Shown piece by piece: positions 39,591 through 49,787 of a stretch of DNA of 64,000 nucleotides; position 1 is the first letter of the stretch; every line of letters starts with the position of its first letter. The DNA is taken from positions 57,290 through 121,289 of the forward strand of contig LBVV01000007.1 in NCBI GenBank assembly GCA_000993275.1. Direction: 5' to 3'. Made by a program: the position numbers and the translations under genes. The notes below the pieces were generated by a model that was not told the DNA's origin, made no database searches, and worked only from the letters and a program-made list of their open reading frames with translations. This DNA is from a candidate division CPR2 bacterium GW2011_GWC2_39_10. Lineage in GTDB: Bacteria; Patescibacteriota; CPR2.

Positions 39591-39698
39591 TTCTAGGTGC
39601 ACATGGTTTCTTAAACAGAATAAAAAAATACCCTCTGCGTAGGGAATTCTAGTTCTTATCCAATATATAGACGTTACCGTCATCTTTGGTGCTCAATA

Positions 39699-39749
39699 TG
39701 GCTGGGGAGGAGGCCCGCCTTCACTAAAGCTTCGGACGGGTAAAGATTC
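39699..39749 (-). repeat. Duplicate of tRNA-Gln 3' end (att-like), interrupted by a 31-nt hairpin
   Basis: tggctggggaggagg identical to 40553-40567; gattc resumes after cccgccttcactaaagcttcggacgggtaaa. Confidence 0.75.
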
Positions 39750-39791
39750 TCACTATCAGTTTTTACTGACCCTATTAAACATAGGTGTTAA

Positions 39792-40262
39792 TTATATTTT
39801 TTTTATCAAATTGATGCGATAATCTTTAATATCAGCTTTTTCTTCCACTCCGGTAAAATAAAAACCAGATTTTACCAGATTAGCCAGCATCTCTCTTCTT
39901 ACATTTCTCGTTTTTATCTTAATCGCTTCATAACCTCTCTTTTTGGCCCATTTTTCTTCATAATCCATAAGGGCATTCAAAACACCCTTTCTCCTGTATT
40001 CCGGGTTGATAGCGGCCATCCAACAATAAAAAGAGCCATCTCCAAATTTATCGTAACCCACTATATAACCAACGTCTTTTCCTTGGATATATCCGGCGAT
40101 AACCAAGTTATCTTTGTCTTTCATTCTTTCCGAGAAATAATCCGAATTATACTTTTCAAACTCAGGAATAACATCATTAATTTTAACTATTTCCTCAAGA
40201 TTAACTTCTCTTACCTCTATCTTGTCATAAGCTTCTTCGATCGCCTTTTTAGTAACCTTCAT
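39792..40262 (-). CDS. GNAT family N-acetyltransferase
   Basis: 'INPEYRRKGVLNAL' acetyl-CoA motif. Confidence 0.88.
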   Translation of the reverse strand: MKVTKKAIEEAYDKIEVREVNLEEIVKINDVIPEFEKYNSDYFSERMKDKDNLVIAGYIQGKDVGYIVGYDKFGDGSFYCWMAAINPEYRRKGVLNALMDYEEKWAKKRGYEAIKIKTRNVRREMLANLVKSGFYFTGVEEKADIKDYRINLIKKI

Positions 40263-40365
40263 TTTAAAATACCTCCTCTGATGTCTATAATATCATTTTC
40301 TGAAAGACTTTAGGAATAATGTATTTTACCTCTAAATTAACAAATTTTCTAGTTCTTTTGTTAGT

Positions 40366-40402
40366 AAAAACTTCAAGTCTTTAATATCTTAAAGACTTGA
40401 AG
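40366..40402 (-). terminator. Terminator downstream of tRNA-Gln
   Basis: 13-bp perfect stem cttcaagtcttta/taaagacttgaag plus T-run. Confidence 0.75.
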
Positions 40403-40552
40403 CCTACCATACATGCAAGAGGATAAGGGTTGAGATTTCTAGAGGCATAATGCCTTCTTAAAACAGTTTATACAAAAACCAAAAAATCAGCAAACGCAAA
40501 TTCACTGATTTTTCCAATATATTATTCTATTTTCGATTCGAATTACAACTTT

Positions 40553-40627
40553 TGGCTGGGGAGGAGGGATTCGAACCCCCGAATGCCAGGACCAAAACCT
40601 GGTGCCTTACCGCTTGGCGACTCCCCA
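40553..40627 (-). tRNA. tRNA-Gln (UUG), encoded CCA
   Basis: Cloverleaf TGGGGAGTCGCCAAGCGGTAAGGCACCAGGTTTTGGTCCTGGCATTCGGGGGTTCGAATCCCTCCTCCCCAGCCA. Confidence 0.97.
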
Positions 40628-40681
40628 CTATCAAAAAACAGGAAACAACTAACAAGAAACTATAAATTTGACTTATCTATT

Positions 40682-41947
40682 TTAGAACAAAATGTTGCTT
40701 TTTACAAGATTTTCTTTCGAGTAGCTGAACTTGTTGAATAACAACAATTCATCTCTAATGAGCCTGGGAAGCAAAAAATATTTTGAAGAAACTTCTTTAC
40801 CCATTCTGCCCATATTTAACCTTAAATGCGTATCTTCAAGCAAATCAACGATTCTTTTGCCGCACTGCATACAATTATCAACCAAAAAACCATTTTTGCC
40901 GTCAATAATTTGCATTTTAATCCCGCCTACATTTCCCCCTATAACCGGTGTTTCTTTATACATTGCTTCCGCCACCGTCAAACCGAAACCTTCCTTAATA
41001 GATTTTTGAACTACTACACTCGATACCGTTTGTAATGCATTTATCTGTTCCTCCGAAAGTCCTTTTAATATTTTTATATCTTTGGCCTTGGCGGAGAATG
41101 TCTTTAACTCTTTATAGATTTTCTCACCTTCGGGATCATCGGATGCCAGTGACCCGGCCATAACCAGCTGTATGTCCGGCAGCTTTTGTTTGGCGACTTC
41201 AAATGCCTTTATAACGCCAACCGGATCTTTCCATGGATCAAATCTGGATACTTGGGAAACAATCGGCCTTCTGGTATCAATGCCCATCTTGTCCAAAATT
41301 CTTCTGGCCTTCATTCTGTCCATCTTGATATTTTTTGGCGTTAAAGGATCAATGGCGGGCGGTATTATAAAACGTTTTTTTATCGGAATGTCGGAGGGAA
41401 CAAACTCTTTTAAGGAAAAAACGCAGGAATCGTAGTCTCCCAAATATCTTTTAATATACTCCCAAACCTGCCTATTTACCTTAGATACATGAATGTGACA
41501 CCGCCAAACGGCATTGCCAACTTCACCATCTAAAAAGTACGGCAACGCCACCGGCTGAGGATCGTGTATATACAAATAATCCCAACTTTCTCTTTTTAAA
41601 TCATGAGCGTTTAAAGCGTTGAAGCGCTCGAAGACTTTTCGCATGTTCTTGGTGATTACTATTCGCCCATTCCCCTGAAGGGCGTTATGGATCGACTTGG
41701 TTACGTCCCAAAATTCCGGTTCGGCCTCGATATTATACCAGACGGCATTGATTCCTAAGTCATTAAGTAAGGGTATTTCTGACTGTAATATTTCGGCCAC
41801 TCCCCCGCCATTACGGGTTGAGTTAACGAAAACTACCCTTGATCCTTTTAATTTTTTAGCTAAATCTAAAATTTGGCAATATAACTCATCGGAGATAAGG
41901 TTTTTATAATTTCTTATAGATTTGGGGGTTGTTTTAACTTTTTTCAT
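40682..41947 (-). CDS. GT4 glycosyltransferase, trehalose synthase TreT-like
   Basis: 'NSTRNGGGVAEIL', 'HDPQP', 'WRCHI', 'SRFDPWKD', 'EGFGLTVAEAM'. Confidence 0.85.
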   Translation of the reverse strand: MKKVKTTPKSIRNYKNLISDELYCQILDLAKKLKGSRVVFVNSTRNGGGVAEILQSEIPLLNDLGINAVWYNIEAEPEFWDVTKSIHNALQGNGRIVITKNMRKVFERFNALNAHDLKRESWDYLYIHDPQPVALPYFLDGEVGNAVWRCHIHVSKVNRQVWEYIKRYLGDYDSCVFSLKEFVPSDIPIKKRFIIPPAIDPLTPKNIKMDRMKARRILDKMGIDTRRPIVSQVSRFDPWKDPVGVIKAFEVAKQKLPDIQLVMAGSLASDDPEGEKIYKELKTFSAKAKDIKILKGLSEEQINALQTVSSVVVQKSIKEGFGLTVAEAMYKETPVIGGNVGGIKMQIIDGKNGFLVDNCMQCGKRIVDLLEDTHLRLNMGRMGKEVSSKYFLLPRLIRDELLLFNKFSYSKENLVKSNILF

Positions 41948-41962
41948 GAAAACTTTTTTTAT

Positions 41963-42125
41963 ACTGGGCTTACGCAAAATAACGCATCTATCCAAGCCGA
42001 AACCAAGTGAGAAAAAATCTCTTTTCTCTACTGGAAGCGTATTTGTAGATACGCTGACAGGAGAAAAAGGGATTTTAGCCGCTTGGTTTGGTTTGGGAGG
42101 TGTGGTGGGTTTGCGTAAGTCCAGT
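41963..42125 (+). mobile_element. 163-bp MITE-like palindromic repeat, copy 2
   Basis: actgggcttacgcaaa...tttgcgtaagtccagt; TA at both ends. Confidence 0.82.
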
Positions 42126-42207
42126 AAATAGCCAAAAATAGCAACTTCTTGCCTATTTAAAGTTTCCCTGAATTGAAAGTTTAAGTCAAGGAAATTCTAT
42201 TGAGATT

Positions 42208-43635
42208 CTAGAGCTTTTTATATTTGACGCCGGAAGCGGTGTCCTCAAGCTCTATCCCCTCTTTTAAAAGCTCGTCTCTAATTCTGTCGGCAGTTTGCCA
42301 GTCTTTTCTTTCCCTTGCGTCTTCTCTTTCGTTTATTTTTTCAAGAAGATATTCATCCAGTTCGTATTTTGACGGCCTGACCTTATCTAAGCCAAGACCC
42401 AGTACGGCATCTAAGTCTAAATAAAAAGCTTGAATTTCAAGAGCTTGCGTAATGGATATTTTTTCCAAATTTGCTTTTATTTTCTTTGTAAAATCAAAAA
42501 TGGAGCTTAAGGCAAGCGGAGTATTAAAATCGTCATTCATGGCAGAAATAAAGCCTTGTCTTGCTTCGCCGAGCCAAGAGCTAGTTTCCGCCTGGGATTT
42601 TTCTGTTTCAACCTCTTGAAGTAAAGCCAGAACAGTATAAATACTATCCAAATTTTTCGCGCTTTCCGTAAACAACTTCTCCGAAAAATCAATAATAGAC
42701 CTGTAATGCGATTTTAGTATCGCAAGCCTAATGACCATTGGATCGTGATTTTTTAGAAGTTCACTTACAAAGGCCGAGTTACCTTTAGACTTGCTCATTT
42801 TCTCGCCTTCAATTTTAACCATTCCCCAATGCAGCCAGTAATTAGCCATTTTTTCGCCTGTTAAACTTTCCGACTGGGCAATTTCATCTTCGTTGTGAGG
42901 AAAAATATTATCGGACCCTCCGCCATGAATGTCGAAATTATTGCCCAAATATTTTTGGCTCATCACAGAACATTCTATGTGCCAACCGGGATACCCAACA
43001 CTCCACGGAGAATCCCACTTTAAAATATGTTCGGGCTCAGCCTTTATCCATAAAGCAAAATCTTCCGGATTTCTTTTTTCGCTTCTGGCTTCTATCCTTG
43101 TGCCTGTCTTTGCTTTTTCCAATGTCCGTCCGGATAACTTGCCGTAATCTTTAAATTTAGTGACATCAAAGTAAACAGACCCCATAATTTCGTATGCAAA
43201 CCCCTTTTTAATTAAAGCTTCTACAAATTCAATGATTTCTTCTATATGCTTACTGGGACGAGGAGCAATGTCCGGATCCAAAACATTTAACGCCCTGAAG
43301 TCGTTAAAATATGCGTTTATAAATTTATCCACCAATTCCATCGGACCAACTTTAGACTCTTTAGCGCGTTTCTCTATCTTGTCTTCCCCTTCATCGGCGT
43401 CGTCCGTTAAATGTCCGACATCGGTGAAGTTTTGAACATAAATAACATCAAAACCGGACCATGAAAGATATCTTCTGACAACGTCTAAAGAAACATAACC
43501 TTTGGCATGCCCCAAATGTGAAAAATCGTAAACCGTGGGACCGCAAACATACATCTTAATCTCGTCAGGACTCTTAGGTATAAACCTTTCTTTTTTTCTT
43601 GAAAGCGTGTTGTAAATTAAAATCTGATCGTTCAT
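42208..43635 (-). CDS. cysS: Cysteine-tRNA ligase
   Basis: 'CGPTVY', HLGH, 'PGWHIECS', KMSKS. Confidence 0.98.
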   Translation of the reverse strand: MNDQILIYNTLSRKKERFIPKSPDEIKMYVCGPTVYDFSHLGHAKGYVSLDVVRRYLSWSGFDVIYVQNFTDVGHLTDDADEGEDKIEKRAKESKVGPMELVDKFINAYFNDFRALNVLDPDIAPRPSKHIEEIIEFVEALIKKGFAYEIMGSVYFDVTKFKDYGKLSGRTLEKAKTGTRIEARSEKRNPEDFALWIKAEPEHILKWDSPWSVGYPGWHIECSVMSQKYLGNNFDIHGGGSDNIFPHNEDEIAQSESLTGEKMANYWLHWGMVKIEGEKMSKSKGNSAFVSELLKNHDPMVIRLAILKSHYRSIIDFSEKLFTESAKNLDSIYTVLALLQEVETEKSQAETSSWLGEARQGFISAMNDDFNTPLALSSIFDFTKKIKANLEKISITQALEIQAFYLDLDAVLGLGLDKVRPSKYELDEYLLEKINEREDARERKDWQTADRIRDELLKEGIELEDTASGVKYKKL

Positions 43636-43771
43636 ATAATCCTTTAAAAATAGACTGTCAAAAATTTAGTCTTTTGTCAGCGTCTAACAGTCAAAATGCG
43701 TATACTTTTTAAATACCTTGTCATAAGTTTCAAAATTTGTCAATCCAAACTCGATTTGGAATCCATTCTTT

Positions 43772-43800
43772 CTGGATCCCGGATCAAGTCCGGGATGACA
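43772..43800. repeat. REP-like half element GGATCCCGGATCAAGTCCGGGATGAC
   Basis: atcccgga/tccgggat hairpin ending ATGAC. Confidence 0.65.
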
Positions 43801-43840
43801 GTTACGAGACGAGGATGATTAAACGTCTCATTATGTTATA

Positions 43841-44440
43841 TTAAAAAAGCTCTTGTCTGCCCTCTATGGCCTTGGCAATGGTCAACTCGTCCGCATACTC
43901 AAGGTCGGCGCCGATAGGAAGGCCGTATGCCAAGCGGCTTATCTTAACATTGAAGGGAATCAATGCCCTTTGCAGATACAAGGCGGTAGCCTCGCCTTCC
44001 AAATTTGGATTAGTGGCAATTATTACCTCTTTAATGCCATCACCCAATCGGGAAGCCAAAGTGCCTATATTTAAATCGTCAGGACCAATGCCTTCAATAG
44101 GCGAAATTGCACCACCCAAAACATGATATAGTCCCCTGAAATGACCCGAATTCTCTACTGCAACAACATCCATCGGTTCTTCAACAACGCAAACAACATC
44201 CTTGTCTCTCCTTAGGTCGGAGCATATTTTACACTCATCGATATCGGTTAAGCTGCAGCAAGTAGCACAATACCTAATGCCATTTTTTAATTCCAGAACC
44301 GCATCCCCCAAAAGAGAATTATCTTCCTCTTTTCTTTTCAAAAGATAAAAAACCAGCCTTTGGGCCGTTTTTGGCCCTATGCCCGGAAGCTTTGATAACT
44401 CATCAATTAAGTTTTGGACTGACTTTGGAATAACCTGCAT
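43841..44440 (-). CDS. recR: Recombination mediator RecR
   Basis: 'LPGIGPKTAQRL', C4 zinc finger, Toprim 'NLEGEATA'. Confidence 0.97.
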   Translation of the reverse strand: MQVIPKSVQNLIDELSKLPGIGPKTAQRLVFYLLKRKEEDNSLLGDAVLELKNGIRYCATCCSLTDIDECKICSDLRRDKDVVCVVEEPMDVVAVENSGHFRGLYHVLGGAISPIEGIGPDDLNIGTLASRLGDGIKEVIIATNPNLEGEATALYLQRALIPFNVKISRLAYGLPIGADLEYADELTIAKAIEGRQELF

Positions 44441-44787
44441 TAATTTACGCTTTTGAAATAAAGATAAGTTGAACTAAAAAAATCGTTTTTTAAAAGCACT
44501 AATATCACTATAGAAATATTTATGATGACAAAGGTAATTTTAACTAACTTTTCAGAAAAAATAAAGTGTTTATAACCCGCTTCTTTTTTTAGAATAAAAT
44601 GCCAATATAAATACATGAGAAAAAGAAAAAAAATGTTTATGGGAATTGCATATAGAATAATTTCCAACATGACCCCAATTGAGTGGATTAGCCAGTTAAA
44701 AAAAGTAACCGCAAATTTAAAACATAATTCGATAAAACTCCATACGACTTGTAATACTTTCGAAACATTGTCGGCCATTTTAGACAT
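44440..44787 (-). CDS. Hypothetical membrane protein
   Basis: Hydrophobic 115-aa ORF between ybaB and recR. Confidence 0.6.
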   Translation of the reverse strand: MSKMADNVSKVLQVVWSFIELCFKFAVTFFNWLIHSIGVMLEIILYAIPINIFFLFLMYLYWHFILKKEAGYKHFIFSEKLVKITFVIINISIVILVLLKNDFFSSTYLYFKSVN

Positions 44788-44792
44788 CCTAT

Positions 44793-45065
44793 TTAAAACC
44801 CAATGCCCATCCCTTTAGCGATATTGGCTGCTATAGCTTGAGACTTTGTAATTGCCTGCTCTATTGCAGATTTAATTTCTCTTTCAAGTTTTTCCATATT
44901 TTCCGGATCAACCAAATCTTTATCAATACTAACTTCCTGAACTTTTTGTTCGCCATTTATAACAAGCCTCACCGCCCCGGCTGTTACCGTTACCACCTCA
45001 GATCTTAACTTTTTCTGAAGTTCCTTCGCTTTTTTTACCATATCAAATTTTTCTTTAAAGCTCAT
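44793..45065 (-). CDS. ybaB: YbaB/EbfC nucleoid-associated protein
   Basis: 'AKELQKKL...GAVRLVINGEQKV..VSID'; near recR. Confidence 0.88.
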   Translation of the reverse strand: MSFKEKFDMVKKAKELQKKLRSEVVTVTAGAVRLVINGEQKVQEVSIDKDLVDPENMEKLEREIKSAIEQAITKSQAIAANIAKGMGIGF

Positions 45066-45087
45066 TTTTTTCTCCTAATTATGGTTA

Positions 45088-46884
45088 CTACTTTGCGGGC
45101 AGCTTATATATTAATATAGAATAGCCTATTTGCGCAACCGGTTTATAGCCGTCAAGGATACTATAATCGATTTTCTCTACGCCTTGTTTTGTTTTTAAAC
45201 GACTATTTTGGAAAAATGTTTCCGATACGGCAAGGTAGCCTTCCGGCCACTGGTTCTCGAAATCCTGAACATGCCATTCTATCATTTTATCTCCCATATA
45301 GTATTTTGCCGGCATTGGTCCGGGAAAAACGTCGACATATATTTTATCTATATCTTCTTTATCCGCCCACGCGGAAAGCCGTTTTACGTCCTGCCCCCAA
45401 TCTACGTTGGAATCGATAAGCCACTTATATCCGTTTTTTGGCCCGCCGATAAACTCGTTAAAGTAAGAAAGGTATGACGGATAGATAAAAAAATTGGACA
45501 ATGCGTACCAAACAAGAAGCAAAGTAAAGCCAATTGCCGGCAAAGATTTTTTTGTTAGCTTTCCTAAAGCCTTAAAGTTAATGATGTTCACAAGTTTTGC
45601 AACAGAAATGAAAATAAAAGGATAAACGGGAAGCATATATCTTATGCCCAAATTTAACGACCCCTGCATTCCCAGAGCCAATAGAACCAGCGGCGGTACT
45701 AAAAGATAATACTGATCAAAAAAGTCTTTGGTCTTAAACTTTTTCCATAAAACCACCGCCAAAACCATAAAAATCATTGTTGGAATTGGCGTTTTAATTA
45801 AGAAAGCTACCGGATAATAATACCACCAGCCTTGATTAGAAGATTGCCCAGCCAAAAAAGCATCATGACCACCATTAACGTGACTTGCAACCATAGTAAA
45901 GCCAAGCAAGTAATGCCCCATTGGCCTTAAAATCGGATTATCGGTCATTTTGTGAAGTATGCCCAGTATGCCTTTTGTATCTTCACTGTAGGGGATTGCT
46001 TCCGTGATGAGATCATGCTGAACCTGAACCGGCATATTGATAACATGAAAAGCATAAACTACCCAAGTTAGAAAGATACCAATAACGACAATCATGGCAA
46101 ATGAGGAGAAATAGCCCCAAAAACGCTTTTGCCACTTGCCGCTGCTAAAATTATTGAAGAATTTATCCGGGCTTTTTTCTTGATTAATGTTTTTTATTAC
46201 GGCATAGAGGAAGATTAAACCGTAAATGGGTACTAAAATGGCAGCCGAAAATTTGGCCACCATAACAAAGCCAAAAGATAAGCCGGCGAAAATTAGGCCG
46301 TTCCACCTCGGTGATCTTATAAACTTCCATAGCAAATATAAATGCAAAGTAAGAGCGGCCGTAATACCCAAATCTGTCGTCACGAACCTGGAATGAGCAA
46401 TAATATTGGCATCTAAAACATACAGAAACAATGCAAAATAAGCAGCGCTTTGACCGTACAACTTCTTTGCCCACCTATAAACGATAAAACCGGCAATAAG
46501 AGATAGCAGCATAATCGGTATTCTGGTTGCCAGTATCATCGCATCCGGATTATTGCCGCTTTCGTAAATAAAACGCCAACCCATTAGCCACTGATTATTC
46601 ACCGTTTCACCTGAATTATTAGAAGCCCAGTAATCATAAGGAAAATTTACATTCATAAAGAGAAGCGGTATAACGGCCAAATCTTTTATGATTGGCGGGT
46701 GTTCAGGATTTAAACGATAATCACCGGTTGTAAGGTAAGAATAACCGGCCGGAATATGAGCAATTTCGTCAACTATATTAGAGTCTCCCCGCGCCGAAAA
46801 AAACATTAAACCAAACATTAGGGTCAACAAAAAAGGTGCTATCAGCAGTTTAATTAAATTATATTTTGAGTCCTTGCCACTCAT
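45088..46884 (-). CDS. GT-C (ArnT/PMT-like) glycosyltransferase
   Basis: 'DEIAH', 'EHPP', many TM, 'DSNVDWGQD'. Confidence 0.85.
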   Translation of the reverse strand: MSGKDSKYNLIKLLIAPFLLTLMFGLMFFSARGDSNIVDEIAHIPAGYSYLTTGDYRLNPEHPPIIKDLAVIPLLFMNVNFPYDYWASNNSGETVNNQWLMGWRFIYESGNNPDAMILATRIPIMLLSLIAGFIVYRWAKKLYGQSAAYFALFLYVLDANIIAHSRFVTTDLGITAALTLHLYLLWKFIRSPRWNGLIFAGLSFGFVMVAKFSAAILVPIYGLIFLYAVIKNINQEKSPDKFFNNFSSGKWQKRFWGYFSSFAMIVVIGIFLTWVVYAFHVINMPVQVQHDLITEAIPYSEDTKGILGILHKMTDNPILRPMGHYLLGFTMVASHVNGGHDAFLAGQSSNQGWWYYYPVAFLIKTPIPTMIFMVLAVVLWKKFKTKDFFDQYYLLVPPLVLLALGMQGSLNLGIRYMLPVYPFIFISVAKLVNIINFKALGKLTKKSLPAIGFTLLLVWYALSNFFIYPSYLSYFNEFIGGPKNGYKWLIDSNVDWGQDVKRLSAWADKEDIDKIYVDVFPGPMPAKYYMGDKMIEWHVQDFENQWPEGYLAVSETFFQNSRLKTKQGVEKIDYSILDGYKPVAQIGYSILIYKLPAK

Positions 46885-46894
46885 AAACCCTCCG

Positions 46895-47725
46895 CTATTT
46901 ATTTAATTTATACGCTCCCTTAAGATCTTTAATTCTTATTTGAAAGATTTCAATAAAAGATTTCAATGTTTCCTTTATCGAGATATTGGAAGCCATTGCG
47001 TCGTCGTTCCATTTTACCGGAACTTCGATTACCGGAAATTTATATTTTTTTGCAATGACAAAAACTTCGGTATCAAAACCAAAGCCCGGCAAGGTGACTA
47101 ACGGGAAAATTGTGTCTGCCGCCTTTTTTGAAAAAAGTTTAAAGCCGCACCGGCTATCAGCAAAACTTTGCCCGAGAAATACCGTAAATGCCAAGTTGCC
47201 GCCTCTTGAAACAAACTGTCGCCAACGTCCTTGCTTCACTTTGGCCGTATAGCTTTTGGCATGACCGAAAACAATAACATCCAGGACATCTTTTGACGCT
47301 GAAAAAAACGCCTTAAACCAATTGGTTTGCGGCTCGGTTGCCTTATTCGAATATCTGGAACCGATAATTACTTCATATTTATCAATGTATGGCAGCAATT
47401 TGTCAATTTCTCTAAAATTTGTAGAATTATCGGCGTCCATGAACATTTTAAAATCACCCTTAGCCCGAACCATGCCCAACCGTACCGCCCCTCCTTTACC
47501 TCTGCGATCAGGCGGATCAGATAAAACTTCCAACCGGAAGAAATGATCTTCTCTTTTTTTGGCAACTTCCACCGAATTGTCAGTTGAATTTCCATCGATG
47601 TACAACACCTCAACGTCATAATTAATGGTTTTTGCATGCTCAGCAATATCATCCAAGGTTTTTCCCAATTCTTCGCCCTGATTGCGGCCCGGAATGATTA
47701 CAGAAATTAATTTTTTATCACTCAT
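46895..47725 (-). CDS. GT2 polyprenol-phosphate glycosyltransferase
   Basis: 'IDGNSTD', 'GKGGAV', 'FMDAD', 'DSRCGFK', 'FDTEV'. Confidence 0.9.
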   Translation of the reverse strand: MSDKKLISVIIPGRNQGEELGKTLDDIAEHAKTINYDVEVLYIDGNSTDNSVEVAKKREDHFFRLEVLSDPPDRRGKGGAVRLGMVRAKGDFKMFMDADNSTNFREIDKLLPYIDKYEVIIGSRYSNKATEPQTNWFKAFFSASKDVLDVIVFGHAKSYTAKVKQGRWRQFVSRGGNLAFTVFLGQSFADSRCGFKLFSKKAADTIFPLVTLPGFGFDTEVFVIAKKYKFPVIEVPVKWNDDAMASNISIKETLKSFIEIFQIRIKDLKGAYKLNK

Positions 47726-47727
47726 AT

Positions 47728-49254
47728 TTAGTCCTTATTTATACTATAGATATTAAATAATATTTTTTTGGAGTACGGAGAAACATACCACATCAGTTCC
47801 CCCTCCGGAAATTTTTCCTGTACCTTATTTAAGTATATATTATCGCTTACCGGAATGACAAACACATTTTTTCCTTTTAGATTTAAGCCGCCAATTTCTT
47901 CGAGAGTAATTTTTTTGGCTTTTTGACCGGATAGCGTATTTAAAATATTGCTTCTTGCCCCGCCAGTATAATAACCGTTAACCCCCGGCCCTAAATTATT
48001 TAAATACCTCGACTCGGCAACTAAGTCTTCGTTGTATACCAGATAAGTTTCCGGTGCTCCGGCCCAAACTAAATAATATTTAGTAATATTAAAACTTGAC
48101 GATAAAAAAATTAGAATGAAAAATAATGTCCAGCCTAAACGTCTTGCATTTTTATTAAAGGGAAACAATCCAAGCCATTTTGAGAGTGTCCAATCGGTGG
48201 CAATAGCGGCGAAAATGAAAACAATCGGTATTACACCTGCCATTTTTAAACCATAAAGATAATTAGTGGAGAAAATTGCCGGCATCATAAAACAAACGAA
48301 CGAGATTAAAAGTATTTGCTGTTTAGTTTTTTTATGATACTTAATCGCCATTAGAATACCCGCAACAAAAGCAATTCCGATAAAAGGATCTAAAAGCGGC
48401 TCTTTACCAATATTTATGCTCCACATTTGCGGGCTTTCAAAGTTAAATGCCAGCAAGCTCTTAAAACCGTTTTTTAAAACATCGGCAACTCCGGGAAAAA
48501 TAAATGAAAGCTTGGAAGGATTCCAAATCAGATATATTATTATCGGCACCATCGCAAAGAGGCTAATTATTTCTGTCAAAAAAATCTCTTTTTTGTATTT
48601 TGAAAGAACTTTAGGTTTTTTATTACTTACGAAGTATAGTGCCGGGTATAAAAGTATCGGTAAAAGCCAAAAAACTATGCTGGAGTAAAGCCCTACGGCT
48701 AAGGTAATGCCGGTAATAACAAAATAAATTTTTTTCTTTTCCCTGAAAGCAATTGAGGCAAAATATAAAAGAGCTATCAAAACTAAAGGTATAATGTTTG
48801 AATGAACAACCGATCTTGAGATCAAGAGCGGCCAAAAAGAAACAGCCGTAAAGAATGACGCAATAAGAGCAATCCGCTGGTTGAACCATTCTTTAGACAA
48901 CAAATAAACAAACAGGATCAATAGGCTCCCTAAAAATGCCGATATGAATCTTAGCAATACCAGCGTATTATCCCCCGATATCTTTGACGCTAAAACTATT
49001 ATTAGTTTATAAAAAACATCCGAACCAATTTTTAAGTTAGGGATGGAATCATTTATTATGCTTATCTCGCCTACATAGGCGCCCGGAGGTAAAATATTTA
49101 ACCTGAAGAAGCGCAAAAAAATTCCAAGAAGAAAGATTAGGCCAAAGGTTATTTCGTATTTGTTTTTCCTGGCAAATTTTATGCATGTCGAAAAAAGGGT
49201 TTTTAAGCCGAAATTTTTGGAAAAACAAATTTTTTTTATTTTATGAAAACCCAT
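47728..49254 (-). CDS. GT-C (ArnT/PMT-like) membrane glycosyltransferase
   Basis: Multi-TM; 'LRFISAFLG..ILFVYLL' family pattern. Confidence 0.75.
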   Translation of the reverse strand: MGFHKIKKICFSKNFGLKTLFSTCIKFARKNKYEITFGLIFLLGIFLRFFRLNILPPGAYVGEISIINDSIPNLKIGSDVFYKLIIVLASKISGDNTLVLLRFISAFLGSLLILFVYLLSKEWFNQRIALIASFFTAVSFWPLLISRSVVHSNIIPLVLIALLYFASIAFREKKKIYFVITGITLAVGLYSSIVFWLLPILLYPALYFVSNKKPKVLSKYKKEIFLTEIISLFAMVPIIIYLIWNPSKLSFIFPGVADVLKNGFKSLLAFNFESPQMWSINIGKEPLLDPFIGIAFVAGILMAIKYHKKTKQQILLISFVCFMMPAIFSTNYLYGLKMAGVIPIVFIFAAIATDWTLSKWLGLFPFNKNARRLGWTLFFILIFLSSSFNITKYYLVWAGAPETYLVYNEDLVAESRYLNNLGPGVNGYYTGGARSNILNTLSGQKAKKITLEEIGGLNLKGKNVFVIPVSDNIYLNKVQEKFPEGELMWYVSPYSKKILFNIYSINKD

Positions 49255-49721
49255 TTTTTATACGTGATGAAATTCCAAACCATAGCAAAGGCGATTCCCC
49301 AGCATTTAGCAAAATTATTAACAACGAAGCTTTGACCAAAAAAACTATCCAAACCCATGAATCTAATGACCGAATAAGCCCATAATCCTGGCGCAGTAAG
49401 CTTTGAAGTTAGGATATAGACAATGCCGGTGTTAATAACATAAGCACTAAATAGTGTAAAAAGAATAAATTTTATGAGTTTTATGGCATCAGCCGAGCTA
49501 TTGTCGTTAAATGTCCATTTTTTATTAAAATAAAAGGAGCTAGCCATGGCTATGCTTGTTGAAAAAACATTTGCCTGCCATGGAAGCCAACTAAAAAATT
49601 TAATACCAAAATTAAATAAACTAATGTCTAAAACAGTATTAGACGCTCCCACTATAGAGAATTTTCCAACCTGTTTTTCAGTCTCAATAATTTCTTTTTG
49701 TTTTTTTGTTTTTTCTACCAT
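49236..49721 (-). CDS. GtrA-family flippase-like protein
   Basis: 'KFSIVG', 'NKKWTF', 'WNFITYKKWVF'. Confidence 0.9.
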   Translation of the reverse strand: MVEKTKKQKEIIETEKQVGKFSIVGASNTVLDISLFNFGIKFFSWLPWQANVFSTSIAMASSFYFNKKWTFNDNSSADAIKLIKFILFTLFSAYVINTGIVYILTSKLTAPGLWAYSVIRFMGLDSFFGQSFVVNNFAKCWGIAFAMVWNFITYKKWVFIK

Positions 49722-49787
49722 GCAAACTCCATTATTAATATACTTAATATAACAAATTTAATTTATCCGGGTAAGTGTATAAATTTT

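Noticed and set aside
41922-42131. Similar small ORFs at 41922-42131 and 52626-53033
   Set aside because: Similarity comes from the MITE-like repeat; not credible proteins
43636-43840. Possible T-box upstream of cysS
   Set aside because: No T-box consensus found; hairpins are explained by a REP-like repeat
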